From the NCBI GenBank assembly GCA_964016885.1, contig OZ024742.1:120776001-120840000 (forward strand): DNA of 64,000 nucleotides, in the 5' to 3' direction. Shown here piece by piece: positions 14,020-27,378 of the stretch. The DNA is from Eledone cirrhosa (Eukaryota). The notes beneath the pieces are model-generated. The model did no database searches. It was not told the origin of the DNA and worked only from the letters and a program-made list of their open reading frames with translations. A program made the position numbers and the translations under genes. Position 1 is the first letter of the stretch, and every line of letters starts with the position of its first letter.

Positions 14020-14932
14020 AATGGGGTCCCACATGCTGGGTGCCTCACAGCCCGAGAGGACAGAATGGAGAAGGCCTTTCCCCGGAGAATGGTAAGAGAG
14101 ATGTGCTGGAAGAGCCATTCCATCTCGCGAGCCTCACACCTGTGGCTAGAGGAGACCTTAAAAGGCTACAGTAGGAATGCTAATGGCTGCGCAAGAACAG
14201 GCCCTCAGAACGAAGTGGGTGAAACACCATATTTACTAGGAGGAGGCTAGCCCACTGTGTAAGATCTGTGGAGAGAGAGAGGAGACTGTGGCTCCCATTA
14301 TATCCGAGTGTAAACACCTAGCCCAGACTCACTATAAAGGCTGGAGACATGATGTGATGGGCAGGGTGATCCACTGGCACCTATGCAAAGTAAACAATTT
14401 ACCACATTCTGAGAAGTGGTATGAGCATAAGCCAGAGTCGGTGATAGAAAACGATCAGGTGGAGGTGCTGTGGGATTTTAGTTAGGATATAGACGGACAA
14501 GAAACTGGAACACAATAGACCTGACCTGGTGGTTTTGGACAAGGAAAACAGATCGTGCCTGCTTGTAGATGTAGCCTGCCCATTTGACACGAGAGTGCAA
14601 GAAAAGGAGAGGGAGAAAATTAACCGATACCAGGAGTTAAAGTGGGAGGTAAAAAGGATTTGGAACTGCCATGAGGTCAAAGTGGTCCCGATTATCATAG
14701 GCGTACTAGGTACTATCTCAAAGAGTTTCCAAGGATGGTTAAAGAAAATTAGTCCGGCGCCGCTTTTTGGAACACTTCAAAAGGCATCCTTGCTGGGAAC
14801 AGCAAGAAACCTCTGATACGTCCTGAATATCTGAGGCTGCAGGTAGCGGCTTGATATTCATTTCAACAAACTTTCCAGTTAAATAACATCAATGACTGAG
14901 ACTCAAAGAATAATAATAATAATAATAATAAT
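14020..14932 (+). mobile_element. R4/Dong-clade LINE 3' portion (zinc knuckle plus REL endonuclease), frameshifted, (TAA)n tail
   Basis: Motifs AAQEQAL, CKICGEREETVAPIISEC, RHD, RPDLVVLDKENRSCLLVDVACP, KINRY and VVPIIIGVLG...LGTARNL. Confidence 0.9.
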
Positions 14933-15468
14933 TGTTTCTACTTTAGGCACAAGGCCAGCAATTACCCAGTGCATTACTGGTACTTTATTTTATCGACCCC
15001 GTAAGGATAAAAGGCAAAGTTAATCTCGGCGGGATTTGAACTCAGATTGTAAAGGGATGTAACTATGCTGGAAAGCATGGCATCCGACCCTCTACCGATA
15101 CTGCCAATCCACCAATAATAATAATAATAATTGTTTCTACTTTTGGCACAAGGCCAGCAATTACCCAGTACGTTACTGGTACTTTATTTTATTGACCCCG
15201 TAAGGATGAAAGGCAAAGTTAACCTCAGCGGGATTTGAACTCAATACTGCCAATTCACCGCCAATAATAATATTAATAATAATTGTTTCTACATCTGGCA
15301 CAAGGCCAGTAATTTTCCCAGTGTATTACTGGTGCTTTATTTTATCGACCCTGTAAGGATGAAAGGCAAAGTTAACCTCGGCGGGATTTGAACTCAGACC
15401 ATAAAGGGACGTAACTCTTTGCTGCAAAGCATGGCATCCGACCCTCTACCAATACTGCCAATCCACCG
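14933..15468 (-). mobile_element. three tandem tRNA-derived SINE copies separated by (TAA)n
   Basis: Units at about 14933-15113, 15131-15263 (internally deleted) and 15283-15468. The minus strand carries the B-box GAGTTCAAATCC and the core ctttgcctttcatcctt..ggggtcgataaaataaagtaccag. Confidence 0.88.
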
Positions 15469-15479
15469 AATAATGATAA

Positions 15480-15730
15480 AGATCTTTAGATAGAAATAAC
15501 TCGAATGTGGAAAATGAAAACAGAAACAATACCTATAATAATAGGTGCTCTAGGAATGATTAAAAAACACACAAATAAATACATAGCCAAAGCCCCAGGA
15601 CTTACAAATATATACAACATACAAAAGATAACACTACTAGGCACTGCACATATATTACAAAAAGTACTATCAATATAATAGAAACAATATCAGCAAAAAC
15701 TACTCTGCTCATACCCTAGGCACACAGAGC
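15480..15730 (+). mobile_element. second R4/Dong-type LINE 3' end followed by (GTA)n microsatellite to 15885
   Basis: Translates as EITRMWKMKTETIPIIIGALGMIKK...IQKITLLGTAHILQKVLSI. Confidence 0.8.
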
Positions 15731-15751
15731 TGGTGGTGGTGGTGGTAGTAA

Positions 15752-15789
<38 letters not shown>

Positions 15790-15830
15790 ACAGCAATAGT
15801 GGTAGTAGTAGTACCAGCGGCAGCAGAAGC

Positions 15831-15868
<38 letters not shown>

Positions 15869-16594
15869 CAGTAGTAGTAGTAGTATGGGAGTTCACATTA
15901 GATAAGATGGTCTTAGATATACAAAAAGATGAGATAGTCACAGTTGGAATACTTTTGAGCATATGTCTGCTCAATCAAGGATGACCATGAGCTATTACAG
16001 ACAGATGTGATATTTCCTTTGAATTTATATCATCCACAATAACTTAGTCACAAGGAAAATATTCTTTTGTTTTCCAATTAGTTAGTTCATCTTTTACATG
16101 TTTATACTTTGGCTAGGTCATTAATTAGTCTACTCCATGCATGTTTATGCATTTGATGGCTAGGTTTTGATTTCCATTGCCAACAGGAATTTTCAAACAT
16201 TCATTATTTTGAGTCTCAATAAACAAACAGACAAAATATGTTATTACTTTCCTTAATAAGAAAAAATGACACTTGATTAATACATTGTCTATAATAATAA
16301 GAAGGGACAAACTTTTGATTTAAAAACTACAAATGTTGTTGGTGATGCTTAGCTGCATGTTTAAAACTACTTTAGCTAATACTATCTTTACTTTATTTCT
16401 AAATTATTAATTTGTATGTTAAGTAGCCTAAGTATATAATAAAATTATATCTGTAAATACAGAATAGGAATAACTGAGACTGTGTAAATGTTTATGTAAA
16501 TTTACACATCTTTACTATAGACACATAAACATGTCAAATACATATTTCTCTAAATCATTTTTTTCAATTTATTTGGCATGTCTCTATATAGACA

Positions 16595-16745
16595 GCGAAT
16601 TGGCAGTCGTTAGAACGTCAGATAGAATGCTTTAAGGTATTCGTTCCAGCCGTCTGTTCTCTGATTTCAAATTCCGCCGAGGTCAACTTTGCCTTTCTTT
16701 CTTTTGAGGTTGATAAAAAAAGTACCAGTCTAGTAGTGAGGTCGA
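16595..16745 (+). mobile_element. tRNA-derived SINE
   Basis: gcgaattggcag...ttcaaattccgccgaggtcaactttgcctttc...ataaaaaaagtaccag. Confidence 0.8.
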
Positions 16746-16876
16746 TTCTTCCTCTATATCTCTTTCTCATTTCCTTTCTCTCACTTTCTATCTTTCTCTG
16801 AAAGAAATCTGCTGAACTCAGGCCTGGAGAGGGATGGGCTCCACTAGGCTTTAAATACCCAAGAAACGCTGTATGC

Positions 16877-18203
16877 AGTGGTAGACTGGCTAGGTTGCCA
16901 GGTTGCCCAATGCTACAGTAACATTGCAAGAGCCCACAATAACATTGCAGGGCCCACTGTAGTATTTTAGGGGCTAATACTTTGCTTTAAAAAAATACCT
17001 GAAGTCTAAGAGAAAGAATAAATTTTTTTTAAATAAATAAAACAATTAAGCAAAGCATTTGCCCAACCAATTCCTTAAGGAATTACTAGAAACTAAAATA
17101 TAGATAGTGCAAATAGTTGGAATCAGTGGTTGTACATTCTACTAAATCTAAAGCTTAGTGTATTCATTCATGCATGCAAACATACATATATAGACACAGA
17201 CACACAAGCATATATATATATATAAGTACCTTGAGATAAAAAGGACAGATCCTGAACACTATAGATCTTGCTTGCAGTCTGACCTGGACACAATGCAACA
17301 GTGGATCTCAGACTGGCAACTCAAGCTAGCTGTGGACAAGTGCACCACCATGCATTTTGGGAGTAAAAACCCAGCGTCCACATATTCCCTCCACAGCACT
17401 AATATCAAGAAGTCTTCCTGTGAACGTGACCTGGGCATTACGGTCAGCAGCGATTTGCGTTGGACGAGGCACGTCTCTAAAATTGTCAAGAGGGCCGAGG
17501 GTGTCTTAGCATCACTCAGCAAGACCTTTGTCAGCCGCTCTCCAGATATCTATTTAAGGCTGTATACAGCTATGGTGCGACCACACTTAGAATTTGCATC
17601 ACCAGTCTGGAACCCCTATCTTGCTCAGGACATTGACCGCCTGGAAACTGTTCAGAGACGTGCAACCAAGCGAATACCCTCCATCAGGCATCTACCATAC
17701 TCTGATCGCCTTGCTTCCCTGGGCATGGATTCATTGAAGCTCCGACGCCTGGCAACTGACTTGGTAAACACCCACAAAATTGTTAACCATGTTGCCAACA
17801 ACAACCCTGAGTGCCTTTTCGATTTCCATGTGTCTAACACACGTGGACATGCCCACAAAGTAAGAAAACAGCACAGTTCCCATGACTTTCGGAAACATTT
17901 TTTCACGCTCAGAGTTGCTGAAGCATGGAACAAACTACCTGCATCAGTTGTTAGCTGTCGAGACGCTGCATCCTTTAAGGCCTCCATGCTTCCCGAGATC
18001 CGCCAACACTACAGCTAACACATACAAACATGTACTTCCCTGGCATTTGTGTATTATTCTATGTACTATATTGACGAGTTGTAGTGCACCTGAGCACTTT
18101 ACACAATAATTTCATTATTATTATAAAAATTAAATGATAGCATTCTATATGTAGGTGGGCCCCTTCATCTGGCAACCAATATTTTTAGACCTAGTCCACC
18201 ACT
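16877..18203. mobile_element. hAT-like MITE interrupted by a CR1 fragment; a second copy of its right end lies at 19018-19108
   Basis: Left TIR cagtggtagactgg. Right ends ctagtccaccacta (18190-18203) and ccagtccgccacta (19095-19108) sit within an about 85-bp direct repeat. Confidence 0.65.
17225..18123 (+). mobile_element. CR1/L2-group LINE 3' fragment (RT C-terminus, ORF 17272-18018)
   Basis: Motifs LQSDLD..W, ERDLGI, LYTAMVRPHLEFASPVWNPY, LETVQRRATK, NTRGH and FFTLRVAEAWNKLP; (ATT)n tail. Confidence 0.93.
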
Positions 18204-18447
18204 ATATATATATATATATATATATAATGCCAATCATTGTAAGTTTGAATCTGACATGCAAAAACATATATATAGGAATAAGGTAACCCCAAATCATAGT
18301 TGATTCAAATATCACAGAGAGATAGAGATAGATAGATAGATATAGAGAGAGAGGGAGAGAGGGGGGGGAGTTGGAACAGAAATGAAACATGGATTACAGG
18401 TTAAAATGTAGCCTAGATAGATGTGAAACAAAACGAGGATGAACACC

Positions 18448-18892
18448 CAAATGATTTAGAAGTCGACCTTAAGTAGGATCAATAACATTAAGAAAGACAT
18501 GAACGACACCCCAAAACTTTGTTTTGAAAATAGATTTATAAGTATGAATTTTCATAAGTTTTAGCAGTTGTCTCTGTGACCTAGCGGTAGATACTAAAGA
18601 CAGTGGGGATCCTGGTCTTGGGTTCAATCCTGGTCAAGAGGAACATGTAACCTTTTTCAGTTTTTATTTTACAACCAATAGAAAGAACTGGAAAAGGTTT
18701 ACTGGGAACCCTACTCCCGACTAGGATCACCACCGTCTATGATTCCTTCAACCAGGCCACTGAGACAGCTACAAAAGCTTAATGAAATTTGGTAATTATA
18801 AACCTACTTTCAAAATCAAAATTAAAAAGATGTGGTCGTTCATGGCTTTCCTAGAGCTATTAGTAATATTTAGGGTCGACTTCTGGTCATTA
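18448..18892. repeat. imperfect about 445-bp palindrome containing converging tRNA-like segments
   Basis: About 220-bp arms (agaagtcgacc / ggtcgacttct, catgaacgac / gtcgttcatg, ttttgaaa / tttcaaaa) with a short loop near 18672. The left arm has the A-box-like TGACCTAGCGG and the B-box GGTTCAATCC. Confidence 0.8.
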
Positions 18893-21800
18893 TTGAAAGT
18901 CTCTGGATTTCGCAAAATACATAATATTTTTTATTGGAGAAGGTGAGATATTTTTCCACAAAAATTTGATTGCACTATTTTTTTTCCTCTTATGTAATAT
19001 TTCGAAAATGTTATTTATTCATTATAAAAATTAAATGATAGCATTCTATATGTAGGTGGGCCCCTTCATCTCCTGACAACCAATATTTTTAGACCCAGTC
19101 CGCCACTAGCCATATCCCAATACAGTGCCCCTACAACTCTATCAAGAGTTACAAGACCATACATACATACATGTCTCTATAAATTTACAAACACATTTAT
19201 GCAGTCTCAGTTACTTCTATTCTGTATATACAAATATAATTTTATTTAAGAATGGTGAATGTTACTTGAGGCAGATTTGACTGCTATTTCTTGCCTATTG
19301 GATGACAATGTAGAGGTTTCCTTATTGACTTGAAACTGTATGTGAAGAAACAAATGAAGGACAAGATTCATCTCTGCTTTACAAAAATCTGTTACAAAAA
19401 AAATGTTAATTCTAGAAGAAACTTCAAGAATGGGGAGGATGCTTGAATGACAGTGTGCTGATTAAAACTAAAAAACTACAGCTGTCACCCGCAATCAAGT
19501 ATGACTTGGTAGTGTGTACCATGTTTTACTAAGTGCTTTAGGTATCCATACAGTCATAAGTAGACACATACACCTTCTCACCCCACTCTCCTTTAATTGT
19601 GCAAAACATTCAAGATATGATAGCTAGAAAGAAAGAGGGCTGCACCAGCACTGGGCTAGTACTTTCTTTATTGACTTTGAAAAGATGAAAGACAAATGAA
19701 CTCAGAATGCAGAGATCCAGATCAAATATCCAATGCTTTGACAAATTTGCCAAATTGACTGTTCAGTGTGTTGATTAAGTATAACTAAATGAGAATGTAT
19801 CAGGCATAAGTTAATGACTTAGTGCGGAATAAGGTCATAATTAACACATATTTCATTCCTTGATCCTAATTCTACTTCAGTTGACTTATCCTTTCATCCT
19901 TCTAACAATACTCCTTGATTCCCTTATATCCCCAAAAGACACCTATAGAGTCAGTAATAAATTCCAGATTCATAACATGAAAATAAATGAGAAATTAATT
20001 CTCCCCTGGATAATATAGCAGTCTATTAAAATAACATTCCTAAATGATCTGGCATTCATTTCTAACCGCTAGGTAAACTGATGCAATGTGGAACAGAGTT
20101 TTCTGAAGAAGAACACAATTAAATACCAGAAGTAGAATTGAACTCACAAACTAGGGATTAATAGTTCAATACCTATTATTTCCACTGTTTCTGCTAGTTC
20201 ATCCTTTTGTAATTGATCAATTGTGCCAGTTTAGCTAAAAACTGAGGTATAATTCAGCTGTCACAAATAATTGTATCTTTGGTGCAGAGGTTCAGTAACT
20301 TGCAGTAAAATATTTGACTTTTTCAGAACAGTTTCTTGGATAAAAAAAAAACACAAAATATAGCTTAAAGCAATCACCTTTATTTTGTCCGACACTCTGC
20401 CGATTCTGCCATCCATATATTTGCATATATTCATACTCATTTTTCTATAATAGCATAACCTGAACCAAATACCATCATGCATTTTGTCCAACATGCTGCC
20501 AATTCTATCATCCATATATATGCATATATGCATACTAGCATAAGTTGAATGGTAATTTTTACTACTGGATGAATTTCTCTAACTCTAATCTATTCACAAA
20601 ATATATTGTCATTGTCATCATCATCATCATGATCATCATCATCATCATCATACATAAGCATACCCTTAATTCCAAATTCAAAGATGTTTCCAAACTTCTA
20701 AAGGACTACACACTAGACAAAAAAATATCTCTATTACCAGCTTTCAAATAAATTCTGTTTTGAATAATCGAAGTTATAAATACACAAAATTGCATGAAAA
20801 CGTGGCTGCTACAGTATTATTGTAATTACATAAAAAAATAACAAAGCATACTCAGAAAATATGACAATCAAAACTTACTCTACATAATTAATCAATAACT
20901 TCTCAAGTATTTGTAGTGTATGTATTGATGCAGTATGGCAGAATAGTTAAGAAGTTCATTTCACAATTATAAGGTGTTGGGTTTGATTCCATTCCACTGT
21001 GTAGCATTTGGGACAAATGTTGTTTACTATAGCCTTGAGTTGTCCCTAGCCTTGTTAGTGAAATTGAGTAGATGGAAACTGTTTGGATGCCTGTCAGATG
21101 GACTGTGTCTGTTATTCAAAAGATTGGTTTTGTCACACACAGTGTTACGGCAGATTTCCATTGGAATCAATATCTAGAATGGCTACTAAAAAATTGATGT
21201 CATAAAGAAATCTATCCCCTATGATAGAGCAACAAAGAAGAGCTATTTGTAAGGAAATATAATCAATAGAATTGGAGAAGACTTGCAATAGGTGTATCAA
21301 CAAAACAAAAATACAAGAATAAAACCCCCAAAAATTATTTTAGTGGAATGGAATGGATGTGTGTCTGTTTCAACAATGTATGATCCAGTTGTTCAATTGA
21401 ACAACCTGCTCGTGAAATTAACATGCAAGTGGCTGAGTATGCCAAAGACATGAGAACTCTTAATATAATTTTCAGTAAGCTGTGACACACTGTGTCATAG
21501 CTGACTCTTTAAATAGCAAATACAGTCCATCTAATAAAATTTGAGTTTTACTCACAAAACTCAATGTTATGGTACATAAGATACCATGCAGTGAAAGTGA
21601 ACCCAAGACCTTATGATTGCAAACTAAACTTTTTAACCTTTCAGCAATACTGTATTCACATTTTATAAACACACCATAAGGAAAGGAGATCTTTAAAAGG
21701 TCGGTTAGCAGAATCATCATCATCATCATCATCATCATCTTCGTTTAACGTCCATCTTCCACACTAGCATGGGTTAGACAGATATAGCATAAGAGGCTAC

Positions 21801-22934
21801 AAGAAGACAAACCAATAGAAAATTGTTAAGTACATATTGAATTTTCCCATCAACTTCCCTATCAATGGTAGTGACAGATTTTATCCAAAGTGTGAAACAA
21901 ATTAGAAGAGAGATCTAATGTCATTTGAAATATGTTCTGAATGTCAAACATGGTGTCAGTCTTATAACACTTAATATAGGATAAAGCCAGAAATGAACAC
22001 AAGAAATAAGTGTATATATTTACCCTTTTATTACCATATTTCTAATGAAAGATGTTGCCTGTGTTTTTCAAATAATTTTGAAAATAATCAAGAAATTGGA
22101 AGAATTTAGTACTATAAGTATCTTTGTCATTTTAAGCTGGTGTTTTGAACATAACTTAACACATTTTCTAATATAAAACTATGATGGAAAGTTTTTAGAT
22201 AAATATAAATATTTTAAAATAAACAGCTTTGTATCAGAATCAGGGGTTGTTTCAAACGATTTAATGTCAAAAGAACTAAGGAGGAAAATAATATGATAAT
22301 CAAAATGAAAACATCTTGTATAAAATTGAATAAATTTATTTCATCAAACTTCAGTTGAATCAACATGCTGCCTATAAAAAAAAGATTGGTAACCCAATGC
22401 TTGAAGCAGAAAGTGAAATGAAGTGGTTTCTGTTAGGTTTCTTGTACTGTTCAAAGTAGCAACACAATATTCCTAAGAAAATGTACAATTATCTTTAAAC
22501 TAAGGACTACATGTTGGGGCAACATGATACAATAACTAGAAATACTAGTTGAATGCATTATCCAGTTGGCTATCTCCATACTTATATCTGCTCAAGCACT
22601 ACCAACAAAGATAATCCAACAACAACCACAATATTAACTACAAAACTACAATGAGTTAATAGGGGAGATGTTTTGCATGGTACCTCAACCTGCTTAAAAT
22701 ATCAGCCAAATCTCCCTCAAATCACTGATATATCTTCACATTTTTAGTGTTTTATATTATTTTTTCTTGCTTGTAAGGATTAGATAGTCATTACTCAAGC
22801 AAATGTGTTTTACAACAAGATGCCCTTCTATCATCAAAGCTTTATTTCATCAGTCAGATAATCAGGAGCAAACAGAGTTATTTGTCCAGCTCAACAGCAC
22901 AACACAACAGTTATTATAGTAAGAAAAGAATTTA

Positions 22935-23103
22935 CCATATTTCCCAGTGTCGAAGACACTACTTTTTTCTTAAAATAAGTCTCAAAAATCTACTATGCAT
23001 CCTGGAAGCGGAAGGTTGTTTATTATTTTTTTTTCAAATTTTTGGTTGTCAAAATTAAGGTGCATCCTCGAGGACAAAGCGTCTTTGGCACCGGGATATA
23101 TGG
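22935..23103. mobile_element. pogo/Tigger-like MITE
   Basis: TIRs ccatatttcccagtgtcgaagac / gtctttggcaccgggatatatgg, flanked by TA. Confidence 0.75.
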
Positions 23104-23959
23104 TATATGATTATTTGCTCAAAAGCCCAGCACTTCTCAGACACAGAATAGCAAAATCAGAAAAGAAGATAAGTTTTTTCCTTTACCATATTGTAATAAT
23201 AGATATTTTTGTAATAAACGTCATCAAAAGTTATCTGCAGGAAATCTTTACAAGAATTCTTTACCAGTATGAAGGATTCCCCTAAGGGTAGTATAAGATA
23301 TACCATTGAAGTGGGATGCATTTATACCTTTTTTATAACAGAGAATTCTGGTGTAACATTTATCTCTGGAACTTTCACTGCTAGCATATTATCAGTATTG
23401 GAACATACAATAGAGATAGCTGGAGACATAGTATGCCAAGCAAAGAATTCAAGCTGTAGTCTAATCTAACCTAAAGATAAAATTCCAGTAAAGAATATAG
23501 AAAACTGTCCCTGCCTCTAGCACACTGAAATATTCTAATATTCATTATTAATCTCATAAAGAAAATGTCGATAATATTTTAATAAAATAGTTTTATTGTG
23601 TAAAATAATTTCACTTTTGCTATCTAGAAAACCATAACTGGCAATAATTCAAAGTGTAGGTCAACTATTTCAATAGTCATTCAATTTATTTCAATTCTGA
23701 GGTTATCTGAGAGGGTAAATTCTTCATTATTGCTTGTAACTAATATACTCTTGAAAAAACATAAATGAAAATAGAAATAAAACCTTGCAGTAATAAATTA
23801 TGTTTTCCAGACTATCAACCTAATATTATTTATTTTTATGTGTTTCACTATATTGTTATTTGTCTAATCTTTGATCCTCTTAACTATAATATTCCTAGAT
23901 ATACATTTTCTTATGTTAAATTTGAACTCAGAACTTAAATGTGGTAATGCTGTTGCCAG

Positions 23960-24236
23960 CTATAATAAAATGTACTCTGTACACTCTGTAAGTGATAGTG
24001 CTGGTGCCATGATAAAATGTACCCAGTACACTCTGTATAGTGATAATTCTGGTGCCACAATGAAATGCACCCAGTACTCTCTGTAAAGTGGTTGGCATTG
24101 GGAAAGGCAACCAGCTGTAGAAATTATTCCAAAGATAGAACATATAAGCAAGGTGTGCCCCATCCTCGACCCAAAATGTGCCAATTCATCCACTCCATGC
24201 CAACATGGAAAATGAATATAAAACAATGATTATGAT
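23960..24236 (+). mobile_element. RTE 3' UTR fragment with about 3 degenerate 39-40 bp units
   Basis: aaatgcacccagtacactctgta repeats, then ggttggcattgggaaaggcaaccagctgtagaaa and a gat tail. Confidence 0.7.
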
Positions 24237-24377
24237 GGCGGTCATAAGATATACCATTTGCGATTCTTCTGAAAGAAATAGCGGTTCAATATCAAACCTA
24301 ACCCAGAGAAATGTATTTATGTAAGAATAAGTGACCTGAACATAGTTGGGTATTAGACTGATTGAAATAAAATATAA

Positions 24378-24564
24378 TTGTTTCTACTTTTGGCACAAGG
24401 CCAGCAATTACCCAGTGCATTACTGCTACTTTATTTTATCGACCCCGTAAGGATGAAAGGCAAAGTTAACCTCGGTGGGATTTGAACTCAGAATGGCAAG
24501 GACTGTAACTCTATGCTGGAAAGCATGGCGTCCAACCCTCTACCGATACTGCCAATCCACCGCC
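24378..24564 (-). mobile_element. tRNA-derived SINE
   Basis: Near-identical to the 14933-15113 unit. Confidence 0.88.
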
Positions 24565-26292
24565 AAGATTTATAGACTAGAAATGTTATTGTAATAATAC
24601 ATTTCAGAAATAAAGACACATAGATAACATGATGTTCTCTTTATTTAACTCTCTCAGTACCACATTTTTTATGAAAGACAAAGCCTATGATTTTCAATTG
24701 ATTTTAAAATATCCATAAATTTGGAGGATTAATAATATAATTAACTATCTTTTTATTAATCTGGTGCTTAGAGCATAAATAATAGTAAATAATTCAGTTC
24801 TTACATAAAATATTGATGACAAGTTTTTAGATAAACCAAATATTTTGTATCATAGAATCATCTGGTTTGATATCAAAAGGGTTAATGAGATTCACAAATG
24901 GAGAAAATCGAGAAAAAGCCTAGCACCCAAATATTTGCTGACTCATATCTTATCACTGCAGCTGCCTTGTTCTTTACCAAGACACTTAACTCTCAATAAT
25001 CCAGTTTGCCTAGCTATAAACAGTTACCATAAGAAGTTACAATTCTTTACTATAAACAGTTAGAGCAGAGTATAAGAAGTACAACCTATTCAATTAGATT
25101 CATATCCTGTGACCATCATACTTCTACATCCCACAATAAAAATATAGTTAATTATCAATTACAAAAATGACATAACTGTCACTACCTTGGGTATAGAGCA
25201 CACTGCATACCTCAGTGTTTCATTTCATTAAAGTATATTCTCTCTTATATCACAACATCAAGAAGAATCTTTCAGCAGTATTCCAATCCTTCATCCAGTT
25301 CTTCAGTGGCATCCCAATAGCCAAATCATGTATATAGTTGCTGTTTTTCCCACCTTAGCCCTGATCAGGCAAATCAGTGATCAACACGTTCTAGAGGTGA
25401 TCTTCCTGTCATTTTTTCAAGCAGTTTATCTACAGCTTTATTATTCCATGTGACCAGTCCTTTCAAAGCTGACAAGATGTGTTTTGACAGAAATTTGACA
25501 GTTATTTTTAGCAGAGCTCGTAACTATGTAGAAGGGTTTTGATTGGTTCATCTATATTGTTGTTTATTTTTTAGTCCCATGTTCATCCCTGATTCATCAA
25601 AGATATTCCAATCACGATCATCCTGCTTTTTAAACATAATGTATATATGATTACTTTATCCAAAGTGTCCTCTTTTCTTGAAGATAGCAGGGTGTGATTT
25701 GAAGGAGATTCAGCTGCCATTATAAGCAGTTTGCGCCACCAATGTAGAGGCTTCTCACTCATTTATATTATTTCCCTAGGCAATCCGACATTTTGTAGGT
25801 TATTTTCAATGGTACATTCATTAGGTAAATTAATATATTTATTGTCTAACCCATGTTAGCGTGAAAGATGGACGTTAAACAAAGATGATGATGATGATGA
25901 TGATTGTCAGTGCCAAAGCAAAAATTGTACATAAGTCATATTCAAACTGTCAGAAATTTAAAATTTAGTCTAAACAAGATTTATTCAAATTCAATACATA
26001 AAATATATATGAATAGACATGCAACATACACTTATCCACGCAAACATAAGACGCAAATTCATTCATGTATGTCTATATAAGTGTGTTATACAGCTGAGAG
26101 GGAAGAATTTATCTTCAGTTGTTATTAAAACAAAATAATTGCTTCATAGTTATAGCTGCCCCTGGTTTGGTATGATGGCTGCATGGATAGCAGGAGAAAA
26201 GAATGTGTCACACACACAACAAACACACATATATATATATATTATATCATATTACATATATATGATATATATATCATATATATCATATATAT

Positions 26293-26794
26293 ATACAATA
26301 TAGATAGGAAAAACACAGGAGAGTGTGTTTTCATTTATAGGAGCTACAAGACCACTAGCATGAAGAACATATAAGCTACAAGAGGTTTGGGAAATACATT
26401 ATAATTAAAAGGATAAATTAAAATGAAAAAATCAGCCTCATAACTAAATCACACATGTACAAACTCACTGGGAGAATGTTTCACCATAAATTAATGGGGA
26501 CCAATTCAGCCTTATGGATCATCAGCATGTGCTTAGCCAACATGGTGAAACATTCTGTGATTTAGTTGTGAGGTTGGATTTTTTCATTTTAATTTATCCT
26601 TTTAATTATAATGTATTTCCCAAAACTCTCATAGCTTATATATTCTTCATGCTAGTGGTCTTATAGCTCCTGTAAATGAAAACACACTCTCCTGTTTTTT
26701 TTCCTCTCTATATTGTATTTTGAAGTGCCCAGGAAAACTTTTTCTTTTGAGCTCATTAAATTACAGGATTATACGCAAATCCTTTACTCCGTTG
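26293..26794. mobile_element. non-coding fold-back element (Penelope pseudo-LTR-like) between (TA)n tracts
   Basis: Inverted arms at about 26293-26487 and 26541-26718. The right arm extends about 75 bp further to (TA)n. Contains a hammerhead motif. Confidence 0.8.
26451..26532 (-). ncRNA. type I hammerhead ribozyme
   Basis: The minus strand reads GCACATG-CTGATGA-T CCATAA..TTATGG T-GAAA-CATTCTC ccagt GAGTTTG-TA-CATGTGT. It has an intact core, stem I of 7 bp, stem II of 6 bp (T.T at 10.1/11.1), stem III with two T.T mismatches, and a GUA cleavage triplet. Confidence 0.8.
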
Positions 26795-26800
26795 CTTTAC

Positions 26801-26837
<37 letters not shown>

Positions 26838-26841
<4 letters not shown>

Positions 26842-27378
26842 TTTAGTACGGCATTGACGAAGCTTTAGTATACGGCCAAGCTAGCGTATATGCATAATCG
26901 GTCTGTAGCTTTAGCACTCGGATGAGGTAAGACCCCAGAGTAATAACATTACGTTCAGACAGCTTAGCAAATCAGATATAGCAGTCGGCAGAGCAACAAA
27001 ATTACAGGACCCAGGAGAAGATTTTATACTGACCTGGACATAACGCTGAGGCTGAGGGTAAAATATATAATCCACATGGTGTATCCACAATATAGATCAC
27101 AACATCATACGCAACATCAACGCTAAGTTTCTGCAAATCCAAGATCGACAAATTCCTATTGCAGGAGTCTGCAATATAATGGTTTTTGACGACAGAACAT
27201 AGGATTTACTTCTTCAGCAAGTCTTTCGTTCTTAGCCAAAGCGGGTATGTTGCAACTTTAAAAGTCGGCACAGACACGTGGTTTTCTCCAAGGGAGGTAA
27301 CCCCCGCTTAGGCGGTGTATTCTAATTTGAGATAAAGGAATGAATTCCCTTATACAAACCGAATAAAGCACTCTATAA

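Noticed and set aside
18570-18642. Functional tRNA gene
   Set aside because: The acceptor and anticodon stems do not pair properly. Treated as tRNA-derived repeat sequence.
23185-23470. Possible minus-strand host exons (IRLQLEFFAWHTMSPAISIVCSNTDNMLAVKVPEINVTPEFSVIKK and ITFDDVYYKNIYYYNM) bounded by AG/GT
   Set aside because: No recognisable homology and weak splice signals. RNA-seq or BLASTX would be needed.
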